From NCBI RefSeq assembly GCF_002105155.1, contig NW_019029017.1:124001-188000 (forward strand): a stretch of DNA of 64,000 nt. Reading direction: 5' to 3'. The notes below the pieces were generated by a model that was not told the DNA's origin, did not search any database, and saw only the letters and a list, made by a program, of their open reading frames with translations. Below, piece by piece: positions 26,569 to 39,389 of this stretch. Source of the stretch: Lobosporangium transversale (lineage: Eukaryota). Position 1 is the stretch's first letter. The number at the start of each line of letters is the position of its first letter. Position numbers and translations under genes: made by a program.

Positions 26569-27779
26569 GGGATGATAAGAAGTGGAGAAGGGAGTGAGAA
26601 AAAAATAAATTGTCTTAATTTTATTTGTAATATTTCAAACCACACGACAGTCGTGCCGATCTGTCATTGGCATTCTTCACTTTCTGAAGAGCAAAGATGC
26701 TCAAACTGACACTATGTACTCCTGCTGTCTTTTCGATTACATTCGGGCTCCACATTGCTGTCTTTGGGAATTATCCCTCTCCCTAGCCCTTTAACTCGCT
26801 CTAGACTGTGCCCGTGCTATGACTTGTTTCTGGATCCAGGATTTGTCATGAGGAATATAGGTCGCTGTCCTTGGATCAAATCTATCTTGAAAGGAGTAAT
26901 TTATTAGAAAGGATGTTGACATGACATGCCAGTTATACAGTCAAGAGATATAGCAACCGGGCTTTCAAGCTATTAAACATACACCAATGCTGCACAGTCT
27001 GGTAGGTTATAGACCATCTCTAGGACCTCATTGACATCAAACTCAATTCTTTCTCGATGTGGGAACTTATTCTGAAGCGAGGCACGTTATCGGGTTAATA
27101 TTATCGATCTTACAGAAAGCACTGTCAGAATTTTCCCATTATGCTTTCGTTCTTGCTTGGTTACCTTTAGGTATTCCTCATACATCGAAATCACCTCTAT
27201 TGCAGAAGGATAAAAAAAAGGTTAAAAAGTCCATTCTGCACACTTTCTCATTTTCTTGAGACTTGAAAAAAAAAAAAAAAATCGGTATGAATATTTTTTT
27301 TTTTTTTTTTTTTTTTTTTCCACGTTGATATCGACATATTACCATCCATGGCCTTTGCAACAGAAGGACACTCGATGTATGTTTTGCTTGAGGCTGCAGA
27401 TGTTTTCTGGACAAGAAGAATGGTATGACTCTATGACGGAAGGGAAATTGGTTTCGCCATTGCATCAAGAGTCAGTCCAAATTGATGTATTGTTGATAGT
27501 AAATGATTTCTTTTCATTCATCGGCTTGTGGGCCAAGCTCCTCTCTCTCCTTTTCTCTCTTCCGCTTTCACTCTTTATTCTAATTTTCTGTTTCTGTACC
27601 ATCGTGTGTGCTGTTTTTATTGCTGTAGAATGTAGTTTAATAAATGGGTCAACGAAATGGATGGACCTTGAACATTTGGAAGAGACTGCTTTCTGAGTTT
27701 GTTTACTTGCTTTCATAAAAAAAAAAAAACTCATTCTTTGTTACTTCAACCTCATTACCATTTTTATTGAATATTTATC

Positions 27780-28684
27780 ATGCCTGCAGAGTCAAAACGA
27801 AAGTTTCAGACAGGACAACCGGTGTCAACGAGAAGAAGGGCAAAGAAGGCAAGACATGCGGCTGCTCAAATCCAGAACAATATCGCTACACCCTCTAAAA
27901 AGGATCAGCGGATATTTGCCAAATCTTTGAAGCAAACAAAGTTGTATCAGAGTGATGACGAAGAAGAGGAAAATGATAATAATGACAAAGGACATCAGAT
28001 ATCTGGATCTGAAAGCGTAGGTAATGATGACATGGAAGAAGAAGAAGAAGAGGAGGAGGAGAAAGAGGAAGAGCTGGTTGGCAAGGGTAAGAAGGGATAT
28101 AGGGAAAAGATCAAGAAACCCAGTGGAAAGAAAGGGAAAGTCTTTGCAGATACAGTAAGTTCTTTATGTTAAGTGCTTTGGTAGATTGGCAGTGATGCTT
28201 CTTTTCTTCTTATTTTTTTATTTTCTTAATCTGATTTCGTTTTTGTTGTTTATGACATGGATAGATTACGATGCTAAGTATTATTGATCAAGTAGTAGGA
28301 AAAGAGGAAGAGCGTGCTCAGATTAAGATCGAGAACATGGCAAGTATAAAAGCATATCTTTCAAGGAAAAATAATGATAATAATCGGAATGTGAGATATA
28401 CCACATGTAGTGTCGTTTCATAGTTCGGGTACTGACTACGACAATGTGCAATATCTCATTCTTAATAATAACAACAGGGTAAAATCAAGTCCAAACTAGA
28501 TAAGAAGGAGCAGAGGCATGTTGAGAAGGAGAGGGCTAAGAAGGCATTGATTGAAAAGAAGATCAAGGAGATCAAGCGGAAAAAGGCAGAGAAGCGCAAG
28601 GATAAGCAAAAGGCTGTGGAAATGGAGACCAAGACCGATTCAAGTATAAATGAAAACAGGAGATCAGTTAGCTTTCAACTTTAG
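27780..28684 (+). CDS. LOC1: LOC1-like 60S ribosome biogenesis protein
   Basis: Three exons. KKGKVFADT|ITMLSIIDQVVGKEEERAQIKIENM|GKIKSKLDKKE...IEKKIKEIKRKK resembles the fungal Loc1 core from memory. Ends RRSVSFQL*. Confidence 0.7.
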
Positions 28685-28712
28685 ATATTTTGCTTTACAA
28701 TTATACACAAAT

Positions 28713-28744
<32 letters not shown>

Positions 28745-29025
28745 CCCGCGCCAGCGCTTGGGGATGACAGGACTGTCTTGTTGAGCATGAATACGGACCA
28801 CTGTGTAGACGAAATCCGTGTGATATGTGTGACATGATGATGAGGGTGCACACGTATAGACTAAATGGATCAGCTGGTTGTCCAATAAAAAGTCTTGAAT
28901 GAAGTGGAAGAAGCACTTTTTTTTTCTTTGCTTCGTTTTCCTTAAAGTCATTCACTATTTCTTCTTCCCGTTTCATTTGCGTTACTCGCTTGCTATCGCT
29001 GCTTGTATTGCTTACTGTGCTGTTC

Positions 29026-29732
29026 ATGCTTCCGCTGTCCTCGACCTGTAGAGCAGCCTACCACCGGATCTTCCTTGTATCTTCGTGCTCATCTTCATCC
29101 TCGTCAGCATCGTATTCCCTTATCTCAAGGGTCTTTTCTTATCGCACCTCACAATCGACTGACCCTAGTCGCTTCTTTTCTACTCAATCAAGCTTCAGGT
29201 GAGCTGACGCAGCACCAGAATAGCACAATTTAGCCATTTTCTGCCACTTTTTTTTGACTTGGAAATTGATGCACACATGTTTCCAGTTGAATGCTCCAGT
29301 CCTGTTATTGAAATGGTGTTTTGTTTTTGCTCATTTTCATGCTCAATACTCATTCTCATGCTCTTTGTGTCTATGTCTGTCTGTTTAGATCTGCATCACC
29401 CTTTCAAACCTTCGATACAAAACGTCATTTCACCGTTAGTGCCACACGTTGCTTTTCCATCTCTCTCATGGCTGCTACTTCTAATGTTCTTCCAGAAGGA
29501 TATGTCCTTCATGAAAAGGGAACCCATGCTATTTTCACAAAGCCTATTGAGCAGTCACTCAATGATGATCGTCATTATCGACTGATCCGTCTCAAGAACG
29601 ACCTGGAGGTACTACTCATTCAGGATCCTAATGTTGACAAATCTGCGGCTGCGCTAGATGTTCATGTTGGCCATTTGAGTGATCCCGTAAGTCGTGCGTA
29701 ACATACTCAGCTATATTTTATAGCATGTTGCA

Positions 29733-29766
<34 letters not shown>

Positions 29767-32700
29767 GAGAAGACAGTGAAAAGGCATGCATCGTCGTACA
29801 AAACCAAATATTATTTACATTCCCGTCCTAATTCGCAATCACTTGTTTTTGCAAAATATCTCTTTACATTAGAAAAACTTGCAGGGACTGGCACATTTCC
29901 TGGAGCACTTGCTATTCATGGGCACTGCCAAATATCCTCGTGAGAACGAGTACAGTGAATTTTTAGCCCATCACTCGGGTAGCTCCAACGCGTTCACAGG
30001 ACTTGATAACACTAATTATTATTTTGAAGTTGGACATGCTCACTTGGAAGGTGCTCTAGATCGATTTGCACAGTTTTTCATTTCACCCGCATTTAGCGAG
30101 AACTGTAAGGATCGTGAGCTTAGAGCAGTGGATTCAGAGCATAAGAAGAATTTGCAGAGCGATAGCTGGCGACTCTTTCAACTCGAAAAAAATTTATCAA
30201 GTCCGAATCACCCCTACAGTCAGTTTGGAACAGGAAATCTGGAAACCCTACAGGATGCGCCGGGACGGGAAGGGATCAATGTCAGAGATGAGCTCATTAA
30301 ATTCCATTCAAAGTATTATTCTGCCAACATCATGAAATTGGTCATTCTTGGTCGAGGTAAAGAGATGAAACATTCAAGTTAATGAGACTGATTATTTACT
30401 TTTTTAAAAAATACTTACGCCAAGTCTCTTTTATATTGCAGAGCCACTGGATCAGCTTTCAGACTGGGCGATCGAAAAGTTTTCGGATATTAAGAATCTG
30501 AATATCAACCCGCCTGCCAATTCTAATCCTCCATGGACTGCCAAAGAGCTTTTGAAGACTAGCTATGTCAAGCCTGTTAAAGATTTTCGTACACTGGAAA
30601 TTAAGTTCCCATTCCCAGATCAGTATCCCCAATATAGAATTCATCCAGCGCGTTATATCACCCACACTATCGGTCATGAGGGCAGTGGATCAATTCTCTC
30701 TTTGCTAAAGAAAAAAGGCTGGGCTAATAACTTGTCTGCGGGTACATCGCATGGTGGAATTGGCTTTGAATTTTTCAAGATTTCAGTCGACTTGACCAAA
30801 GAGGGTCTGGATCATTATGAAGATGTAACCGTGGTCGTCTTCCAATATATTGACATGCTTCGCCGTGAGGGCATTAGACCTTATATTTGGGATGAGGTAA
30901 GACAGACTTTCTGGCCCGATTGAATCTGTAGACTAATTGTGAGCTAAACATGACCTTGTAATTATCCTAGATCGCTTCATTGGCTGCAACTTCCTTCAGG
31001 TTCAAAGAGAAAAGCCCGGCTGCCGGATACTCATCTCGTTTGGCGGGCATTATGCAACGTGGTTATGCTCCCGAATGGGTCCTGTCTGGTTCCTACTTGA
31101 TCCGTGGCTCAGATCCTAAGGCAATTATGGATTGCATTGATGCCCTTAAGATCGATTCATGGAAAAGCCATCTTGTCACACAGGATGTATCCGTCGTTCC
31201 CGGTGGAGTATTTGATCAAGTTGAGAAATGGTATGGCACTGAGTATCATGTTGAAGACGTATCTCCTGCTCTGTTAGAGGTAAGTAGTTGTCATTACACT
31301 TGATAGAAGATATCGAACGTCTAATGGCTAAGGGACTGAATGATTAATATTTATAATATGGACATTGCCGATAGAAATTGCAAAATTTAGAACCAAATTC
31401 AGATCTTCATCTCCCCATGCCTAATGACTTTATTCCTGAGAACTTTGAAACCAACAAAATTCCTACCACAACACCTCTTACCACGCCAGTCTTGTTGAAG
31501 CATACTCCATTGACTCGCATCTGGCACAAGAAAGACGATGTCTTTTGGGTACCAAAGGTCAACATGTACTTCCAGCTAAAGTCACCACTGTCGTATTCAT
31601 CGCCCAGCAATAATGTTAAAACGCATCTATATGTTTACCTACTCAAGGATGCGCTGAACGAATATGCTTATGACGCAGATCTGGCAGGCCTTGCCTATTC
31701 CCTCGACACGACTATAGAGGGCATGATCTTGAGTGTGGAGGGCTACAATGATAAAGCCCATGTGTTATTACAGAAGGTGGTTGAAAAAATGAAGAACCTT
31801 GAGGTTGATCCTGAGCGGTTTCGATTGATGCAAGATCAAATGGATAGGATGTATAAAAATTTCAGGCTGGAGGCACCCCACCAACACGCTATGTACTACA
31901 TGTCTTATCTGACACAGGAGAAGCTCTGGACTCATGATGAAAAACTCGCAGAGTTGAAGGAGCTGACTCCAGCAGACATTCAGGCTTTTTATCCAGCGTT
32001 ACTGAGCCGTCTGCATATCGAAGGTCTTATCCACGGAAACATGGGCGCAGCAGAGGCACTTAAGGCTGGGTCGATTATTGAGAATTGTCTAGCACCAAAA
32101 ACTTTGGTACCATCCGAATTGTTGTCCCAGAGGTCTCATATCCTGCCTGATAAGTGTAAAGCAGTTTACCAGCGTGATGTGCCTGATCCCTTTAACGTCA
32201 ACTCGGGCGTCGAATATTACTTGCAAATCGAAGATGCTACGAGCAAGGAGAGTCGTGCGCGTATTCAGATCATGGCACAAATCATCAATGAGCCCTGCTT
32301 TAACCAACTCAGGACCAAAGAGCAACTCGGATACTTGGTTTTTAGTGGGGTCCGCAAACAATCAGGCGTAACAGGCCTGCGTTTCATTTTGCAGTCGGAG
32401 CGGGATCCAGTACACCTGGAGAGCAGAATCGAACACTTTTTGGAGTCAAGGATGAAAACATATTTGGAAGAGATGTCTCACGAGGAGTACGATAAGCAGG
32501 TCAATTCGCTGATCCAAAAGAAACTTGAAAAGGACAAGAATCTGCGACAGGAAACATATAGGTACTGGGGCCAAATTGTGTCGGGTTACTATGACTTTGA
32601 TGAGATACAGGATGAAGTGGAGGAAATGCGCAGGACCACTCTGGAGACGATGAGGGAGTTTTTCAGAGAGTCAATACTGCCATCTGCACGTAATGCCAAG

Positions 32701-32922
32701 AAGCTCTCAGTTCATTTGCGGTCTCAGAAAGTGCCTCCTGTAGTTTCGAAGAAGGATATCAACGATCATGGTGGCGAGGTTGCCAATTCAGAGTCTGAAG
32801 AACCCGCGAAGCTGAGAGAAGGCACCTTGATTATTGATGATGTGGTGGGCTTCAAGGCTGCACTTGAGCTAAGCAGAGCGCCTTATCCAGTTGTAGATTT
32901 ACTGCGATATTCTAAACTCTAG
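29026..32922 (+). CDS. STE23: Insulysin / insulin-degrading enzyme (M16A metallopeptidase, Ste23-like)
   Basis: [18 protein letters not shown] inverted zinc motif HxxEH, and [17 protein letters not shown]. Multi-exon. Ends in SKL. Confidence 0.95.
29733..29765. repeat. (AAT)n microsatellite in intron
   Basis: About 11 tandem AAT units. Confidence 0.9.
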
Positions 32923-33057
32923 AGAATTTTTATTAGACACTCATCAATAAATCCATCCACATTTAACATTAATATGTAATTTTTCTATTGCTTCATGCTA
33001 TGCAAACTAAACTATTACTTTATTACAGTGCCATATAGCTGGTATTTATCGATTGTT

Positions 33058-34879
33058 TCACAAAATCTCGCCAGCCTGTTCGGCGAGCCTGTAGAATAAT
33101 GATTCTTTCTTCTTCAAAAGCGCACTGGGGGCGTCATATTCTTGTACGCGACCTTTCTCGAGGACCAAAATTTTGTCTGAATCCATGACAGTCTTGATTC
33201 TATGAGCAATAGTCAGGATTGTCCGATCCTTAAATTCCTGTCGAATAGTTCTCTGGATTAACTCGTCCGTTTCCACATCTACAGCGGCCGTGGCCTCATC
33301 CAAGATCAAGATTTTTGTCTTGCGCAACAATGCACGCGCCAGGCAGATCAAGGATCGCTGACCTACTGAAAAGTTTTCTCCGTTTTGAGTGACCTCATAG
33401 GAGAGCCCACCAGGCATGGATGAAACATAGTCCTTGAGGTGAGCACGCTCAAGGGCTTCCCATAGCTCCGCGTCCGAGGCCTCTTGGAAAGGATCCAAGT
33501 TCTCCCGAATGGTTCCCACAAAAAGTGTAGGGTCTTGAGGGATAATTGCCAAGTGCCGACGAAGATATTCTAATCCTACTGTGGATATGTCAACACCATC
33601 AATCCAAATCGCTCCACCATCCTCTTCAACTTCAACTTTCTCTAGCTCAATATTGGCCTTGGTCATGTCGGACAGACTAGGGTCTGTGTCCATATCCGTT
33701 CCGTTATGACTTGCCTTGGCCCAATGGCTATTAGCAGCTTCAACAATACGGAACAATGCCAAGGTTAAGGAGGACTTTCCTGCACCTGTGCGGCCGACAA
33801 TTCCAACCTTCTCGCCAGGCTGGACCTCAAAGGATACGTTACGCAGGACCAGATCCATGCCCTGGCGATATCGAGTAGAGTAGTTCTTAAATTCGACATG
33901 ACCATGTGTGGGCCAGGATTTCTCGAGCTGGACATCTGTATAGTTGGGCGCCTCTTGATTCTTTTTACAGTACTCGTCGATTCTCTCGACTGCGACCATC
34001 TCGAATTGAACTTCACACATGCATCTGACCATCCAGCAGATATCCATTGTGACGTTGAGTGCGTACGCGAGCGACATTCCGACCATGCTCGGGTTTAAAG
34101 TTTCGCGACCAAAGACCGCAAACATAGAGGCAGCTAGTACGATAATTGAACCTAGGCCTTCAAGACGGACGTTGAGCCATCTGTTGCCGACAGACCAAAC
34201 AAATCGAGCGTTGGCAGCTTGGTCGGAACGAGAGGCATTTTGTTCAATGAATCGTTCATTGCACTGTAGCGCACGAATGGTCGACACGCCAGACAGAGTC
34301 TCTGCAAAATGTTGATACATAGGCGATTTGGTAACGGATTCGATTCTGCGGAAGTTCCTTGATGAAGCAATGTAGTATCGTTGCAGGAATATAAAGATCA
34401 CAATGATTGGAGGGATGATTACCAGGAAAATTGGTGTGGTCACTGCAATAACGATGATGCTACCCACTGTTGAGACGAAGCAAAAGAACGTATCGTGAAA
34501 GGCCCATGGGATCTGTTCGTCAATGCTGAAGCAATCAGACGAAAATCGGTTTATGATACGGCCTACAGGCGTAGTATCGAAGAAGGACATGGGCAAGCGG
34601 AGGACATTGGTCAAAAGCCTGTTGTGAAGGCGCTCGCCAGCGCGAATACCGGCCGTGACCATAGTCGTGTAGGAGGTCCAAACAATGAGGAGCATGAACG
34701 TGACCACCAGAATTGCATAGATACCCATGTAATAGCCAATAGAGTGGGTTTGGTTGTCCCTGACCCAATACTGAAGCCAGGTATTCGTTCCAATTTGACA
34801 AGCTTGAATAATGATGAACAGGAAGAGGATTTGGCATACATAAAAGTAGGATCTAGATAATTCAATAACATTCATTAGA

Positions 34880-34916
<37 letters not shown>

Positions 34917-37900
34917 AAGGAATAAAAAAAAAAAAAATAGTAATTCACTTACGCGGCCTTGGCATAGGTCCAAAACACGTGCCATTGGATACTTCCAACC
35001 TTCATCCTCTCTTCTTCGACAAGGGCTGCATTATCATCCAGCTTCTCATCCTTGGTCTCTGGGCTCATCTTATGATGATTAGTTGCATTTGAGGCACCTA
35101 TATCCGGCTCTTGGACTGTTTCTACTTCACTCAAATCATCCTTTGCATCTTTGCCAGACTCTTTTATAGAAAATTCCTGGATCAATTGGAAAAATGCTTT
35201 GGCTGAATCCATCAATTCCTGGTACTTTCCAATCTCTGATATTTGACCATCCTTCATCACCACAATCTGGTCCATTTCGCTAAGGTGATGGATACCATGT
35301 GTGATAAGCAGACGAGTTTTGTCTTTAAGCAAGCCATTGGGTCCGATCAAGTTCCTCCATAGGTGATGATCCACGTGTGCATCCACAGCACTTAGGGGAT
35401 CATCCAAAAGATAGATATCTGCGTCCTGGTAGGCCGCTCGCGCTAAGGATACTCTTTGTTTTTGTCCTCCTGACAAATTGATACCGCGCTCTCCAATTTC
35501 TGTTTGATCACCTGCAGGAAGCATCTCAATATCTGGAGTTAACCCTGCAGCATAGATGACCCTATCATACTTCTCCTGGTCAAATTCAGATCCAAACAAA
35601 ATATTGTCTCTCAGAGTTGCGTTGATGATCCAAGCTTGTTGAGGTACGTAAGCAAGCTGGCCATAGATCTTGACGGTCCCTTGGCGTTTGTACATGTTTC
35701 CAATAATGGCATCGATTAATGAGGATTTGCCTTGAGCGACTCTTCCGACAATAGCAGCCAAGTGGCCTTTCTGAACTGCCAGATTAATATGCTTAAGGGT
35801 GGCCTCATAACTAGGTTCCGCAGATTCTTCAAATGTAGGTTTAGGTAAGCCAGCCTTTTTGGCTTCTGCGATAGCCTGCTTTCTATTCCTAGCTCCCTTC
35901 TTCTGCCTTATCTTTATTTGCTTCTCAGTTTCGACCGCAGGCCCCTCTCTAACCCAAGCAAAGGTGCCATTCTTGATTTCGATAGCTGGTTGCGACGGAT
36001 CAGCAGTACTATTGGCTTCGAGTCGCTCAGTCTGATCATTAGGAAGCTCTTCCTCCAGTAAATATGTTTGAATACGGCGGGTAGCGACTATCAAGCTGAT
36101 GGTTTCACTCGTAACATGAGAAAGCATTCCGATAGGTCGGTTAAGAAATCCAAAAAGGGTAATGGAAACAAAGACGTTTTGCGAGTTGATCACGCCAGGG
36201 GTGCCTCCAGGCCCGCCCACAGTAGCATAGATACTGAAAGAGACCAGAGCCATTAGAAGCGTAAGTGAGCTGAACGTAATGGTCATGAATGAGAATGTAA
36301 CCCCCATCTTACGCAGGATACCAAGCTCGCGGTTGCGGTAGTGCGAGACCTTGGATAAGAAGGAGGATTCCCTGAATGAATTATTAAAAAAAAAAAAAAA
36401 AAAAAAAAAAGTGAATATTTTAAGAAAGGAAAAAAGAACACTAAGTAATATCCTATTTTTTTTTCTTACCAGCCGTAGAGCTTAACGATTTTGATACTAG
36501 ACATCAATTCACTGGTAAGACGAATACGATTATCCTGTGGTAACCAATACCAGAAACTGTAAAGTTAAACACATTGAAATGGATTTTCACAATGAAACGT
36601 CTTTTCACAAGTAAAAAAAAAGACTACTTACCATGGCTTCTAATTTCTGGTCCTTGGCAACAGAGAAAAAATTGGCGATCCAGCCTTGTAATGGTGCAAC
36701 AGCAATAATCGTTGCTAAGCTCCCAAGCGCAGCCCAGCCGAGTTGTCGATAGAGTAACCAAAGAGCAATGCAGATCTCCAGGGGAATAGAAAACCACATG
36801 GGTAGGAGTGGTAATGCATCTGACCATCTCTCTGCGTCAACAGACATGTGGTTATTAATCTCTCCTGGCGTCTGCGATTGTTTGGCTGCAGGTGATAGCT
36901 TCAATGCTTTACGATAAACCATTGAGACCAGAGCCGTACGTGTCTCAATGCCCATATTCATGACCAATTGGGTGAATTGTCCCTCCAATATGGCGCTAAG
37001 AATGGTTGAAAAGAACATTCCAAATGCTAGAATTACTCCCAGAGAAGCTGATTTGGGGGTTTCGGTTGAGTAAGATTCAATGAAGCGCAAGAGCTGATCC
37101 ATGAGTTCAGGAGCAATAAACCTTAATCCGGCAGATAGGATGATGTAGATGATAACAGGGATCCATTGAACGCCAAAGGCTTTCACGACTAAGAACAATA
37201 GCCAAGGCTCCTTGCCCTTTGCTCTTTTGCTGGCAACATGCTCTTCCCATTGTTGACTCAAGCGTTTGTATGAGAACTCGGTCCTGATCTGTTGAGGCAT
37301 CATTCCTTGAATATCCCCTTTTTGCAATGGCCGTTTGTATCCCAAGGTGATGAGGCCCTGGAGATAGTGGAACCAAAAGCGGGAGAAGATGCTGGCCTTT
37401 TCATAAGGGCTCTTATCACTCTGTTTCTGCACTTTGGTTGAACCTCGTGGCCAAGACATGACAAAAAGGCCGAAGAGGATAAATCCAAAGTAGGTATAGT
37501 AGAGAGCGTTAGTGGTAGAAGTGCCTGTAGCGGTGCCAGATGTGAAGCCTTCTTCCTGCTCTTTAGACTGTTGTTCTTCAAAGGATCGTGAACCATAAAA
37601 GGTTGTTGGAAGAGCACTCAGGGTACGAGTGGTGATGGCGCCTGCAACAGTCGAGATAACATAGTAGCAGAAGATGAGAGTGGAAGTACGGATCTCGTAC
37701 TTGTGTTCTTGAATATTTAATATTGTGGCGAAAATCTATCACATTCAAGGTTAGTGTAACTTTCTAATTTGTGTTTTCCAAAAACACCATGAACTCAAAA
37801 ACTGCGGAAAAGATAAGCATACCCAGGCAACTCCCATGGACGCACTCGAAAGAACGGTTGCAGGAGAATGATCAGTTTTCTTTCCAAGCAACCCTGCCCG

Positions 37901-38256
37901 GATGAATAACAACAGGGCCGTCGTCAGCATCAATGTTTGCGCAGGCCAGAAAATTAAGTTTGTACGGCCCAATCCATGTGGCTTTCCTTTAAAGTAGAGA
38001 TAAATTATCCTGAATAGAGAGGCAAAGATAACTAGACAGGCAGGTAATGTTGAAAGGATGGTGTCTTCGAAGCAGAGTGTTAGATCCACTCGATATCTAC
38101 TTGTAGGACCCTGGTGAAGGAAGGTCACGAAATATAAAAAATAAAAGGTAATTAGAAGAGATATTGATTTTGAGACATAAAGGAGGAAATTACATGACGA
38201 TGTTGGACATTTGCACATACCCATCCTTCTAAATTGTTGCAATAACTTGTACTCAT
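33058..38256 (-). CDS. ABCC/MRP-type ABC transporter (YCF1-like, TMD0-TMD1-NBD1-TMD2-NBD2)
   Basis: NBD1 GRVAQGKSS, LSGGQKQR, YLLDDPLSAVDAHV. NBD2 GRTGAGKSS, FSVGQR, ILDEATAAVD. SFFDTTPVGRIINRFS. Multiple GT-AG introns. Start ATG at 38256 (MSTSYCNNLEGW). Confidence 0.95.
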
Positions 38257-39202
38257 AGAGTCAAGTTAAAAATAACAATATAAGAAAGAAGCTGTTTATA
38301 AAATAATAAAAATAAAAAATATGCCTATCGTTAAAGACGAATGACGAATGGAACTAACTTTGAAAAAGGAAATGAGTGGAATTTATAAATGTGTAGAAGG
38401 AAGAAAGGATGACGAGAAATCGAGGGACGATGCTACTACAAGACTTTACGACTTCAGATCATAATTATTAGGTTATTGGGGGATGAGAAACATGATAGTG
38501 CAAGAAATTTGGGCGAAATGATCTCTGATACTCTTTCTTTTATAGATTTAAAAGAATATAAAAAATGTGATAATTGTTTTTCCTAATTCCTTCCTATTAC
38601 CCCCCTTTTTCTTTTCTTTTTTTTCGACTAGGGCTGTGGGTGATTGAGGGCGTTATTCCTCTACTGAACCCTGGATTGTTTATTTTTTATTTTTTGAAAA
38701 AGCGTCAATGGGTTTGAGGATAAGAGTGGGCATGGGAAATAAATATGATATATAATAATATATTTATACAAACATGTATTTGTATATTTGTATAAATGTA
38801 TCTCTTGAGCGTGTAACTGTGGACCCACTTGCTGAGTTTATTTTCTTGTTTTAATGCCAAAAATGGTATTTTTTTTTATGCTTCTAAGCGTCCATACTAG
38901 ATTATGATCATGATCATCAACCACAAGTCAAGCCATGGAGGCGACTGTGAGTACAGCCTTATCTTGTTTAGTCTTGCCTTGATGTCTCTGCAATAGCGAT
39001 ACTATCATTCAGTGAGATGGTGAAAATAAATATATATGTCAATTGACTCTTTAATGCCAGATGAACTCTGATCTAGGTTTGTGACACAAACGAATGCGAT
39101 CGTGACTATCTTTGGTCACCTTCATTTGATCATGGCTGGTGATCGCATCCATTTGAAGACACTATCATTTGGATTTGACGTTCATCGATATCGCTGCATC
39201 CT

Positions 39203-39381
39203 TTATATAGTCCGTCCCATTAAAAAACGAGACATTCCATCTATTGTAAAAAGAAGAAATGTATTAGAACACAGAAATAAATAAATAAATAAATTAACCA
39301 AGAAAAAAAAGTACTATCAGGCCAATACTTACAATTTTTTTAAGACGAAGGCCTTTCTGGACCTAGTCATGTTTGTAGTAG
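39203..39381 (-). other. Conserved intron-containing 3' module of Fanzor copy A (candidate omegaRNA and/or micro-ORF)
   Basis: Begins 9 nt after the Fanzor stop. 54/58 nt identical to 45137-45194 (+). GTAAGT...CTAAT...TAG intron at 39332-39241. Similarity resumes after the intron up to GGACTATwTA. Confidence 0.6.
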
Positions 39382-39389
39382 ATTGTGTC

